From contig CAWALK010000003.1 in NCBI GenBank assembly GCA_963782915.1, positions 1-42,536 on the forward strand: 42,536 nucleotides of DNA. The letters are read 5' to 3'. Positions within the stretch are counted from its first letter, which is position 1; each line of letters starts with the position of its first letter. The notes under the pieces were generated by a model. It was not told the origin of the DNA. It did not search any database and was given only the letters and a program-made list of their open reading frames with translations. Origin of the DNA: an uncultured archaeon (lineage in GTDB: Archaea; Thermoproteota; Bathyarchaeia; Bathyarchaeales; Bathycorpusculaceae). This document shows, piece after piece, positions 18,461 through 30,237 of the stretch. Made by a program: the position numbers and the translations under genes.

Positions 18461-19051
18461 TTAACAGCGTAACGAGAGCCTCGCCAAGTAACATTAAAAT
18501 CATCAAATATGCGCATTTTACGGGAACTATAGCTAAAGCATCAAACAAACAACAATCGAAAACACCCCACCAAGATGCCAGACTTCAATTCAAAATACGA
18601 CTTCACCATATCTAAGCAATACAAACAGCGCACTAAGCAATATCAAACCATCACTACACACCACTTTTGATGCATAAACTTAGTGCTTATTTCAAGAACC
18701 GCTAAGTACGATACGCTAAATCCCGACAAACAACAAAAAAGGGCTTCATCACATTTAATAAAAAACAAAACAACCAACAAACCCCCCAAGCTCAATGCAA
18801 AAACTAAAACCGACGATCGCCAATCTCACATCTTAGACAGAAAAACAAAAATGCTTTCTCAAGCAGCAGACCACTATACTATTCAATTTCAAAGTACGTA
18901 CTAATTATCGTAGCCTTTCTTTGATTGAACTTGCGTCGTTTGAACCTTTCATTGCTGGAATGCAATTATTCATTTGATTAATGCACACTGGAGTAAAGGA
19001 TTTGATGGTTATCCAAAAATTTTTTTAATGTAAACAAACTATCGAAAATGA

Positions 19052-19264
19052 ATGGTGTATCATTTGGAAAATGATAAAAGTATCAGTAAATGCCCAATTT
19101 GCGGGAACACTGTTTCCACCAATGACAAAGAAATAAAAGAAATTGAAGCTCGAAAAAATGCACAAAAAGAATTCGGAAAATATATTGTAGTTCACAGGTC
19201 TCATGCTCCAAATAATATGCAGGAAATAAATTTTCTTTCATCAAAAAAGTGTACGATCAGCTAA
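19052..19264 (+). CDS. Hypothetical protein (CxxC motif)
   Basis: AT-rich 70-aa ORF with CPICG; no recognised family. Confidence 0.35.
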   Translation: MVYHLENDKSISKCPICGNTVSTNDKEIKEIEARKNAQKEFGKYIVVHRSHAPNNMQEINFLSSKKCTIS

Positions 19265-19280
19265 ATATTCACTCACACAG

Positions 19281-19583
19281 ATGACTAGAAATTTTAAAAC
19301 AGATCCAAACCACTGGTCGCAACATCTAGATTTCGTCTTTGTTGCTGAACCAGTGGAACTTATCTACAAGAAAAAGGAGGAACCAGACACTGTCGATATA
19401 TCGACAATACTTGGAAAATTAACTTATTTAAAAGGTGAAATTGAAAATCTCTATTGGAAAGCTGATTACCATGGTCTAGATTGGGCTGGTTGCGATTGCT
19501 CCTGTAAAGAGAAAACTCATGAAAGGATGTTTAAAAGCGTAAATAACCAATTGACGAGACTTATCTTCTGCTTTATAGGTTAA
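19281..19583 (+). CDS. Hypothetical protein
   Basis: 100-aa ATG-started ORF with a CDCSC motif; no recognised family. Confidence 0.4.
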   Translation: MTRNFKTDPNHWSQHLDFVFVAEPVELIYKKKEEPDTVDISTILGKLTYLKGEIENLYWKADYHGLDWAGCDCSCKEKTHERMFKSVNNQLTRLIFCFIG

Positions 19584-19661
19584 TTTATAAAATGGAGTCT
19601 CCAGTTAAGGAACACTCAGTTTGGGATAGCTTTGCCAAAAAATAAATGTAGATAAAAAGAA

Positions 19662-19850
19662 ATGACAAAAGATAATAGATGAACCCAACCTCCATACAAT
19701 ACGAATGCTAGAAAATGCACTCAAAACAAGCGGCACATACAAAACAAAAAAAGAACTCTGGAAATCACTCCGCAAAAAAATATAATACCATTATTATTTA
19801 ACAGAGTGCAAAGATGACGTTTAGAAAGCTCCAACAAAATATCATTCAAC
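19662..19850 (+). pseudogene. Remnant of a small winged-helix-type archaeal protein
   Basis: DEPNLHTIRMLENALKTSGTYKTKKELWKSLRKK...*..LESSNKI, interrupted by a stop and a frameshift. Confidence 0.35.
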
Positions 19851-19959
19851 ATTAAAAAAATAATTGGATATAACCAGCACAATGGCAAATATGTCTTAAA
19901 ACAAACTGAACTCAATCATAGGTATTTTTTCAAACTTTGAAGATGCACATAAAGAAGCA

Positions 19960-20390
19960 CTAAAACGCTTTCGGCAATACTCGACGTATGCGAATCAACG
20001 CATATTGAAGCATAATCCGCCTACTCAACTTACTTAGCGTCCAGCGATAATAATGTACGGAAGCCTTAACAATTTGGCCTGGGCACCTCAAATCGGTATA
20101 AGTTATTGGATTCCGCTGATACTTTTCTAAATAATAAGCAGGATAATCAATGTGGAAATCGGTATAGACTTTATCGACTGCTGAAGCCCTCAGAGCCTTC
20201 GCAGAACCTATACCCAATGCAATATCGTTGTCAGGCACTAATTGATACGGGGTCTTCAATTTTAGCTATTGATCAGATGCATTAAACTCAATCACTGAAT
20301 CCTTGGTTAAAAGAGGCGATTTACTTTCTCATAGCGCGAACGGTCAGAGGAAATGTAACCTCTTCGTAGTTGACGCTGTCGTTTGAAGCC
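19960..20390 (-). pseudogene. Fragmented gene of unknown family
   Basis: Protein-like 99-aa piece (GIGSAKALRAS...DFHIDYPAYY...NPITYTDLRCPG) with interrupted upstream coding-like sequence. Confidence 0.3.
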
Positions 20391-20586
20391 GACAATACAT
20401 AAAATTGTACAATATAATATAAGCGTCTGAGGTATAATTGTATCTGCTCAACCGTTACAAATCGCTTAATTGGTTGAGATTGTGCTTAGCAAATGGCATC
20501 TGTCATTAACTAACGGTGAATCAGGCGCGGTAAGCCGCCTAGCGCCATTAATCGTTAGTGAGAACTTACAATATTGGTCAGTAGGT

Positions 20587-22183
20587 TTATCCTACAAATT
20601 CCAGCACGAATATTCTTCTTGGGTTTTCTCCAAACGTCGCATTATCGCTGATATGTGTAAAGTTGCCTGACTCGTAGAGTTGTGTGTAGATTTGTTGTAG
20701 GTTTAGTGTTGTGTTGTAGTATGGTACTGTGCCGCCGTATTCGTAGGTGAAGAGCCACTGTACCTTGTAGAGTTTGCATTGTTGGATGAGTTCGGTTATG
20801 TTGAAGTTGGGTGCGTAGGCGTCGACGGCTTGGCGTGGATACTGGAACACGGGTACTACGTTGTCGCCGTCTTCCCATAGGTAGAACCGTACCATTTCGC
20901 GGTTGAGCAAGTCGAAGGGGCACAGGACCATGATGGATTTGTTGAATGCCATGTTGGCTAGGGCGTATTCTGTGGCTTGTCGAATCTCGATTTTGATGTT
21001 GTAGCTTGAAACGTAGCTGTAGGCGTCGTTTATGCTGTAAGCTACTGAGCCTACCGCGCCAACGATCAGCAGCCCAGCCGCAACTTTGGCCAGCCGCTTC
21101 CTGTTTCTGTGTGTCTGCACATTCTTCCAGCTGCCCTGCAGCTTGCCATAGAACGCAAAGAACCCGACGGCTGCAGCGATTGCTAAGGCTGGAAACAGCG
21201 GCAATACATAACGCCAAGACCTATTCGAAATAAACGTAAAGAAGACAAAGATGGTGATGAACCAAATGAGCACATACTTGTCTTGTGGTTTGCGCCGCCA
21301 AGCAAGGAAAATCAGCCCTGCCAAACCTGCGATGTAGATGAAAATCGAGATTGGGTGGACGGTGTCGTAGGGCCAGACCATGTCTATGAAGTAGAAGATG
21401 GGGATTGGGAAGCGTTCGCTGTAGATGGAGCGTTCGGGGTTGCCGACTTGCAGCGCGTAGAGCCATTGGCTTAGGATTTGGGAGGCGTATACTTGGTAGG
21501 CGATTATGAGCCATGGAACCACCACCAGAACAGCGGTGACTATGGTTATGGTGAATTTTTTGAAGGCTGCTTTGAGCTGGTTTCTTGCCAAAAACAGTAT
21601 GCTCAAGATGAGTATTAGGCCTGCAACAATCATCTGGTACTTCGCCAAAAAGCCCAACCCCACCGCTAACCCCGTGAACACGAGCATTTTGTCTTTGCGC
21701 GTTGTTAACCAGCGGTAAAAAAAGAGCAATGCGGCTGCCACAAAGAACACCGATGAAGATTCCAACAGCGCCGATTGGGAGAGCCAAAAGTAACCCGGCA
21801 TCACACCCAGCAAAACAACCGAGAGCAACGCGGTTTTTCCCCCGTACATGTTATGGGCTAATTCGAAGACAAGCCAAAGCGAAAGAATCGAGAATAAAAC
21901 TGGGACTACTCGGGCTGCAAAGAGGCTAACCCCGAGTACTTTAAACGACAGAAAAATTACTGCCGTCAAACAGCGGAGGATAGAAGGCGGTTAGGACGAA
22001 TTTATCATAGTTTCCCCAGTAGAGAAAGTTGCCGGCGTTTAGATGCACTACTTCGTCCCATTGAATCGGATACCTTGTGAGGTTTGCGAGGAGAATGATG
22101 GCGTAGACTAATGCGAAGCCTGCAAAGGCCAATCGCCACTTGCTAAACAGTGGTTTTAGCTGATTGAAATGGAGAGCAAACAT
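20587..22183 (-). CDS. GT-C fold glycosyltransferase family 39 / ArnT-like (frameshift ~21965)
   Basis: WDE..H, YPPLF, G.S.FAAR, LGFLAKY, RYVLPLFP; multiple TM segments. Confidence 0.85.
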
Positions 22184-22298
22184 TTTATCAGCAGTATATA
22201 GCCACCCATTATTGGTGCCAAACGCATATAAAACTTAACCAAAACACCGCTCTTCCCGAAAAATTAAGTGTAGCGCCAAAAAACGGTTAGCTATTCCG

Positions 22299-23697
22299 TT
22301 AGGCCGTAAGGATGGTTTTAAGCTTCGACAACCATCCAAACTTCAGTAACACCGCCAACAGCAGCCCTGATAGCACAACCGCAAAACCCAACATTTGAAC
22401 AGCCATAAGAGGGCTATCAAGGGTTAAGGGTGTGGGATTGAGCATTGTGTATCCGTAATCGACTTGAGGCTCCACCCTATACTGCAAGTAATCGCGTGCG
22501 GAAACGGCGTTTGTATAGTACATGCTTGAAAGCAACGAAGCAACAATCAACACCACCGCCGTTGCGGCAGCTAAGTAGAGCAACTGTTTTTTGGGCTGCA
22601 CAGCCGATTTTGCTGCACCGAAGAGCATGAAGCATTTGATGATCAAGGAGCCTGCGAGTAGGGCAAAGAAGGGCAATGCTTGGTAGAGGTACTTGAAAGC
22701 GCTAAAATAGGGCACGTTAAGGTTCAAGGCAACCCCTAAAACGATGTTGACGGCTACAACAAAAACTATGCCTGATAGGAGGGCAAAATCAGCAAATAAG
22801 GGTTTGGACGCATTTTTTCTTAAACAGAAACCCAAAATTAAGGAAAAAGCGGTTGCCGCCAAAAAGAACAGCCCTAAACCATAGTTTACAAGGAAATTGG
22901 AAGCAAAAAACGTCGAAGGAGAAACACCGACTGCGGCTGGGAATTACATCCAAAAAATCGTTATGGTGGAAAATCGAGAGTATTGAGCGGCCAAGGACAA
23001 CTTGATACCACAGAAGAGTTGACAAGACCACCGGAACGGCAAAAGCGGCGATTTGGCTGAATGCAAATTTGGGCTTTTTGGGTTTAGAATAAACAAAGAA
23101 GAGGAGCAGCGGGATGAGTGCGAAAACGGCATAGAACTTTGTCAAGAAAGCCACGGCGAAAACCAGCCCCGACGCCAAAGCAAGTTTTGTTGATCCTCTG
23201 CGGACAGCCATAACTCCGATAATGAGGCAGAGTAGGCTGAAGAAGAGGCATTGCGCATCAATCAAGCCGCTTCTCGAAATCACCAAATGCCAAGGGTTCA
23301 ATGCGAAAAGCGCCGCTGCAAGCAAACCAGCGAGTTTGCCATAAAAAGCCCTGCCCAAAACATACACCAAGACGACTGTTCCAAGCCCAAAAAACGTCAC
23401 CAACCCAACAGCTGTGCCCACGGATAAACCGAAAACTGCAAAAGCCAACGCTTCAACGTAGAATCCCAACGGCGGCTGATCAATGACGGTGCCAAACCCC
23501 TGCACATAGGGGAACCCCATTTTGGCAGTGTTGGAAGCAGCCTCAAACTCCAAGCTCGTATCCCAATTGTTGAAGGGACCCAAAGAAAACGCCACCAAAG
23601 CAGCGCCTATTAAGATTATTAAGAGGGGGAAACCTTCAACCAGCACTTTTTTGGCGTCGATTTATTGAACAGTTTTTGCGTTCCTCTTTTGCTCCAT
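22299..23697 (-). CDS. Second GT39/ArnT-like glycosyltransferase (in-frame TAA near the start, frameshift ~22940)
   Basis: NWD, DQPPLGF, NPWHL..SR...D, AFLTKF, KYLY.ALPF; ATG 23697 is in frame with ORF 22789-23646 except for one TAA. Confidence 0.8.
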
Positions 23698-23832
23698 AAA
23701 CGTTTAAGCGCTACTCGTTACCTAAAAAGAGTTAATGGCTATGCTAAGCGTAATATCGTTTACGCATTTCCGCGAGAGCTTCTCCAGCAGAATTAAATAC
23801 GAAACCCACCAGAACTATTAGAGGTACTATTC

Positions 23833-24906
23833 ATGCCCTATAATGAACTCAGAAAAGATTACTTACTTAACCGCTGGGTAGTAATCGCCAAGGAACGCAG
23901 CCGCCGCCCAACCGACCTCGCCAAACCCAGAGTTGAAGCAGCAAAAACCGGGGTTTGCCCACTTTGCGTTGGCAACGAAGCCATGACACCCCCCGCCGTG
24001 TTGCTATACCAGAAAATAAACGGCGAAGTAAAACGTGCCCAGGATCCGCCGGCGGGTGAGCGCCCCAAAAATTGGTTGGTACGCACCATCCCCAACATGT
24101 ACCCAGCCTTCACCCCACCCCAACACCCCAAAGACACCGCCCAAATTTTTGTTAACCCCGAATTTGGCTACGCAATCGGTTACCATGAAGTAGTTGTTGA
24201 ATCCCCAAACCATGACGAAGACCCAGCAGACGCAGAGTTACCCCAACTGGAACAGGTCATAAACGCCTACATCGACCGGTACAAGGCACTAAGCTCTAAA
24301 TCCTACGTGAAATACGTCTCGATCTTCCGCAACTACGGCTTAGACGCAGGCGCATCCCTATCCCACGCGCACAGCCAAATCATCGCTACACCAATGATTC
24401 CCCCAACCATCCAAGACGAACAGCATGTCGCCGAAGCCTACCGCAAAGAAAGTGGCAAATGCATTTTCTGCGATATTATTGAGCGGGAAGTTAAGACTCA
24501 GCGGCTGATTTTGGAGAACAACGATTTCGCGGTTATCGCACCATACGCCAGCATTAACCCGATGGAGTTCTGGATATTCCCCAAACGGCACGCCCCAAAC
24601 ATCCAAAGCTTGACTGAAACTGAAGTGAAATCGCTTGCATTAACACTCAAAACCAGCCTCAAAGCCCTAAAAGACCTCGTTAACGACCCACCCTACAACT
24701 ATGGCATACACCAAACCATCGAAGGCGAGTACCATTGGCATCTTGAAGTTTATCCCAAGTTGGCGACGTGGGCGGGGTTTGAGAAGAGCACAGGAATCTA
24801 CATCAACACGGTTACGCCTGAAGCCGCCGCAGAAGCCCTTAAAAAAAGCAATCAAGGCCTAAATTTTGGGTTTAAGCTGCAAAACGTCTTCTACGTAGGC
24901 GCGTAA
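23833..24906 (+). CDS. galT: Galactose-1-phosphate uridylyltransferase family (HIT-like) protein
   Basis: ELRKD...WV..A.ER..RP, CPLC.GNE, PNMYPAF, GYHEVVVESP.H, AGASLSHAHSQ, HWHLE, AGFE. The true stop is probably ~24860, obscured by a poly-A slip. Confidence 0.88.
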   Translation: MPYNELRKDYLLNRWVVIAKERSRRPTDLAKPRVEAAKTGVCPLCVGNEAMTPPAVLLYQKINGEVKRAQDPPAGERPKNWLVRTIPNMYPAFTPPQHPKDTAQIFVNPEFGYAIGYHEVVVESPNHDEDPADAELPQLEQVINAYIDRYKALSSKSYVKYVSIFRNYGLDAGASLSHAHSQIIATPMIPPTIQDEQHVAEAYRKESGKCIFCDIIEREVKTQRLILENNDFAVIAPYASINPMEFWIFPKRHAPNIQSLTETEVKSLALTLKTSLKALKDLVNDPPYNYGIHQTIEGEYHWHLEVYPKLATWAGFEKSTGIYINTVTPEAAAEALKKSNQGLNFGFKLQNVFYVGA

Positions 24907-26914
24907 GGGTTCGGCGACGCTCCATGCCTGCGAGATGCAGCCGCGTGGCGCGTTGGGTGGATCGCAATCGTAGATTTCGTTGATCGTGCCCAAGCCGCCT
25001 TGGTGGATGCCAACAGTGAACAGGGGCAAAATAAGGTTCTCCAACGCCTCTTTGCGTGCTTGGGGCGAGTAATCGTTGACTTTAAGGTACGCCGACACGT
25101 ATGGGCCGAGCAGCCATGGCCAAATCGTGCCGTTATGATAGGCAGTGTCCCTGCTACGGCGGTCGCCTTCGCATTTACCCACAAACTTGGGGTCATCAAG
25201 CGACAGCGTACGCAACCCATAGGGCGTTACGAGGTCACGGTTGACAACTTCAACTATTCTGCGGCTGCTTTCTTTGTTGAGCATCGTGTAGTCGAGCGAG
25301 ACAGCGAATATTTGGTTGGGACGCATCGAGGGGTCAGCGCCGCCGGGTTCGAGTACATCATAGAGGCAGCCGAGTTTGGGGTTCCAGTATTTTTCGTTAA
25401 AGCTTCTTCGGGTCTGTTCAGCCATCGCACCATACTGCACCAATAGGGAGGGATCGCCGAATTTTTTGGCTAGCAACTCCATAGTTTTTAGTGTATTGTA
25501 CCATAAGGCTTGGATTTCAACCGCTTTCCCTGCACGGGGCGTTATCATGTCGCCTTCGACGACGGCATCCATCCATGTCAAGTCGTGGTCCATGCATAAG
25601 CAAACCGTCATCATCGAGCTTAATGCCAAACATAGTGCCATGCAGGTGATTCTCGATTATCGATTGCAGGTTCTCCCATAACTCGGATTTTACGAATGCA
25701 AAGTCGCCAGTGTACTTAACGTATTGGAGCACAGCGTTAACGTACCATAGTGTGCCGTCTACGGTGTTGTAGATGGGGACGCCTGTTTTGTCCGCGACAA
25801 AGTTGGGTATCATGCCGCCTTTGAGGTAACGCATGAAATTCTGCAAAATATCTTTAGCGTCACTGAATTTGCCCGTTACCAGAGTTAGCCCAGGTAGGGA
25901 GATGAAGGTGTCTCTGCCCCAGGGTTCAAACCAGAAGTAGCCTGCAATAACCGATTTTTGGCCACCGCTGTTTTGGACCATGAATGAGTCGGCTGCGAGC
26001 AGTATCCAGTTCAGCCAATCACTCACGGGCACTTCAGGATGGCTATGGTAGAAGATGTCAAGGAGGGTTTCTTTGGCGTTTAATTCGAGTGTATAGGCTG
26101 TGTCGATTTCTTGGGCTGTTTTGCCAATCGAATCCAAGATTTGCCCAGCATCTTTCGCGTCATGGCTGGCGGCGCAGGTCACCGCAAACTGCTTTTCTAC
26201 CCCAGCCGGAACCGACAATTCAAAATATCCCGGCTGGAAGCAATCATCAAAATCAGCTTCACCCCTCTCAGCCTCATCACGGTAATGCAAACGCTCGACC
26301 CAATTCAGCCCCTCCACGAAGCATCCATCGGTTATTCGGCAAGCTATGGTGGCTTCCGGGCGCATAAAGCTGGTTTGGAAGCTGTGGCTCTCGCTTTCTT
26401 GGGTGAAGTTTAGGGGGATGCGCATGCGGTCGATAACTGTGTGGTAGTAGCGGCATGTTAAGAGTGGGTATAGCCTTAGTTTTGCATTCGAGTTATTCCT
26501 GTTTGAGATTTGATATAGGATGGCGGCTGCATTTTTTTGTTGGGGCAAAAAAACTGTTTTCTTAACACCGACATTTCCGATGTCATAGGTGTAAGTGGGG
26601 TTTGGGTCAAGTTTGAACTCTCTAATCAACCGGTAGCCTTCAGGAAAGATTACGTCGCTGAATTCGTTGGAACCCAACCGAAACATCGATTCGCCGACAA
26701 ATAAGTCCTCATCAACCTTGGATAAGCAGACAGTGCGGTCACCCGGCGGATTAAGCGCAGCAACCAGCAAACCATGATACTTGCGTGAGTTAATGCCCGG
26801 TACTGTTGAGGAAGCATAGCTCCCTAAGCCGTTGGTTATTATCCATTCCTGCGCCATAACCTCGCCAAACCGCGTAAGCGAATCTTTTGGGATGGTTAAA
26901 GCGGGCAGTTTCAT
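24859..26914 (-). CDS. Glycogen debranching enzyme (amylo-alpha-1,6-glucosidase, archaeal type; frameshift ~25590)
   Basis: EWIITNGLGSYASST, RKYHGLL, IAGYFWFEPWGRDTFISLPGL, TWMDA, PRAGKAVEIQALWYN, YHNGTIWPWL, GCISQAWSVAE. Confidence 0.92.
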
Positions 26915-26915
26915 G

Positions 26916-27797
26916 TCAGGTCATCAGTTTAGCTACGTTTTTATCTCTTGGAACACAAAAATAGTTGGCTACAGGAGCACATTTTGTTCTAAACATTAAC
27001 AGGTGCGGTTTGGTTAATTTGTATTCCGTTAAGGTTTCTGCGTAGCCCATTCCTTTGGCGAAGACAAGTTCCGCGGAGTCGTAGACTTTTAGGAATTCAG
27101 CGGAGGCTTCTTTCTTTTGGAGTCCTACTGCGTCGCAGCCGGTAGTTATGACTTCATCAGCCATTTTATCCATGTTGCTGATTTCAGCGTCTTCCATGGT
27201 GGCATCGTTAATTACGGGTCCACCCTTCACGACGTAGGTGACTTTTAAGCCCATGTTCTTGAGTTGCTCAACCAACAGGGTATCAAAAACGATTTCTCCG
27301 GCATTATCCGACAAGTATAGGATGCCCTGTGCCTTCTTCGCCAACTCATAGGCAGCATCAATGTCGTCAATGACGAGGTCTTTGCTGGCTTCACGCATCA
27401 CCGTTGCCAAATTATTCAGTGAAAACTTGTGTCCGGGAATGTCAAACTCCATAATGTTGCCTACAATTGCGCATAGGCAGGCTTTTTTGAAGCGTTCCTG
27501 CTGATTATAGCCGGATTCAACCATTTTTTTGGCGTGCGGCAGCATTTTGAGTGCTTTTTGGTTAGCTAATTTCTTGTTGTACAAGTAGGGGTCATTGCAG
27601 CCTGATAATTGGCGTATGATGCGGTCTCTTTTTGTGCCGATTTCGGCGGCGCATGAAGTGGGCTTAAACTCTTTGTTTAGCAGCTTCACTATTTCGGCTA
27701 AGCACCTAAAACGGAGCGCTGGGTTAGTGGTGGCTTGGTAAGTTTGGATTTGTGCCCGCGATAGCAGGCAGGATTCACATTCTGGTTCAACTTTCAA
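26916..27797 (-). CDS. DUF89/ARMT1-like damage-control phosphatase
   Basis: MKVEPECESCL, DPY..KK..N, AIVGN, DNAGEIVFD, INDAT, AKGMGYAETL, KC.PVA. Confidence 0.9.
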   Translation of the reverse strand: MKVEPECESCLLSRAQIQTYQATTNPALRFRCLAEIVKLLNKEFKPTSCAAEIGTKRDRIIRQLSGCNDPYLYNKKLANQKALKMLPHAKKMVESGYNQQERFKKACLCAIVGNIMEFDIPGHKFSLNNLATVMREASKDLVIDDIDAAYELAKKAQGILYLSDNAGEIVFDTLLVEQLKNMGLKVTYVVKGGPVINDATMEDAEISNMDKMADEVITTGCDAVGLQKKEASAEFLKVYDSAELVFAKGMGYAETLTEYKLTKPHLLMFRTKCAPVANYFCVPRDKNVAKLMT

Positions 27798-27804
27798 GGC
27801 AAAC

Positions 27805-28551
<747 letters not shown>

Positions 28552-28688
28552 TTATCGGGGGCAGCAATGGTCGTAACGGCTTGCAATCACAACCATTTAA
28601 CTTACTTATGAAACATTGAAAATAGTGGGCAATCCCAAATACCCTGATTTTTTAAAAAAATGATTTTTTGGTTGGGAGGTGAAATCAA

Positions 28689-30170
28689 ATTTCAGAAAAC
28701 AAACCTAACATACTAATCATGTTTGGCGACGACATCGGCTGGTGGAACATCAGCTACAACAACAACGGCCAAATGGGCTACCGCACACCCAACATCGACC
28801 GAATCGCAAACGAAGGCCTTGCATTCACAGATTATTACGGCCAACAAAGCTGCACAGCAGGACGAGCAGCCTTCATAACAGGCCAAAACCCCGTCCGCAC
28901 TGGCCTAACAAAAGTTGGATTGCCAGGCGCCGATCTCGGTATAAGACCAGAAGACCCAACCATCGCAGAATTAATCAAACCCATGGGCTACATAACGGGC
29001 CAATTCGGCAAAAACCACTTAGGCGACAAAGACGAATTCCTCCCCACCAATCATGGCTTTGACGAATTCTTCGGCAACCTATATCACTTAAACGCAGAAG
29101 AAGAACCAGAATTGCCAGATTACCCCAAAGACCCAGAGTTCAGAAAAAAGTTTGGTCCTCGTGGAGTAATCCACAGTTATGCAGGCGGAAAAATCGAAGA
29201 TACAGGTCCCTTAACCAAGAAACGTATGGAAACAATAGATGATGAAATAACAGATAACACCCTTAGATTTATCGAAGAGTGCAATAAGGCAGGAAAGCCC
29301 TTCTTTATTTGGTATAATACTACGGCGATGCATTTTAGAACGCATCCTGCTCCAAAACATTTAGGCAAAAGCGGCAAAGGCGGATTCTACAACGACGTCA
29401 TGGTGGCTCACGACGAAAACATCGGAAAATTACTGAAGAAACTAGACGACCTTGGCATCGCTGACAACACCCTTGCAATGTATTCAACCGATAACGGTCC
29501 ACACTACAACGCTTGGCCTGATGGCGGAATAACACCATTTAGGAGCGAGAAAAACACTAACTGGGAAGGTGCTTGGCGTGTTCCAGCATTTGCTAGGTGG
29601 CCAGGCAAATTCCCCGCAGGTACTGTTCTCAATGGGATAGTTAGTCATCAAGACTGGCTGCCAACACTCCTATCGGCCGTTGGAGAGCCTAACATTGCAG
29701 AAAAACTTCTCCAAGGTCACCAGGCAGGCACAAAAAGATTCAAAGTTCACATCGACGGATACAATATGCTACCCTACTTCATGGGCCAAACCAAAGAAAG
29801 CCCACGCCAATTCTTCTTCTACATCGATGACGACGGACAACTTGTGGCGATTAGATACAATGATTGGAAAACAGTTTTCCTAGAGCAGAGAGCCAAAACA
29901 TTGGCGCTTTGGGCTGAACCTTTCGTGCAACTGCGTATTCCTAAGATTTTCAACTTACGGCGAGACCCATTTGAACGAGCAGATCATAACTCCAATACCT
30001 ATTATGATTGGCTTCTTGATCATGCCTTCTTACTCGTCCCAACACAAGCTCTTGTTGCACAACAAATACAAAGCTTCAAAGAGTTCCCTCCCCGCCAAAA
30101 ACCAGCCTCATTCAATTTAGATAAAGTATTGGAGCAACTGCAAAAGGCATCTGATGCTGGCCAGCACTAA
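28689..30170 (+). CDS. Cys-type arylsulfatase
   Basis: KPNILIMFGDDIG, SCTAGRAAFITG (CxxxR formylglycine motif), GKNHLG, STDNG, EKNTNWEGAWRVP. The frame extends back to ATT 28689, which follows GGAGGTGA. Confidence 0.93.
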   Translation: MSENKPNILIMFGDDIGWWNISYNNNGQMGYRTPNIDRIANEGLAFTDYYGQQSCTAGRAAFITGQNPVRTGLTKVGLPGADLGIRPEDPTIAELIKPMGYITGQFGKNHLGDKDEFLPTNHGFDEFFGNLYHLNAEEEPELPDYPKDPEFRKKFGPRGVIHSYAGGKIEDTGPLTKKRMETIDDEITDNTLRFIEECNKAGKPFFIWYNTTAMHFRTHPAPKHLGKSGKGGFYNDVMVAHDENIGKLLKKLDDLGIADNTLAMYSTDNGPHYNAWPDGGITPFRSEKNTNWEGAWRVPAFARWPGKFPAGTVLNGIVSHQDWLPTLLSAVGEPNIAEKLLQGHQAGTKRFKVHIDGYNMLPYFMGQTKESPRQFFFYIDDDGQLVAIRYNDWKTVFLEQRAKTLALWAEPFVQLRIPKIFNLRRDPFERADHNSNTYYDWLLDHAFLLVPTQALVAQQIQSFKEFPPRQKPASFNLDKVLEQLQKASDAGQH

Positions 30171-30196
30171 AAACTACAGCTATTCAATAGGCTACA

Positions 30197-30217
30197 ATTT
30201 TCTTTTTTTCTTTTTTT
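30197..30217 (+). terminator. T-rich tract after the sulfatase gene (possible archaeal terminator/attenuator)
   Basis: ttttttcttttttctttttt-type run downstream of the stop codon. Confidence 0.4.
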
Positions 30218-30237
30218 AAAATGTTGAGGATTAAAGA

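Noticed and set aside
24859-24906. 48-bp convergent overlap of galT and the debranching gene
   Set aside because: Probably an artefact of a slip in the A-run at 24841-24847; a corrected frame would end near 24860.
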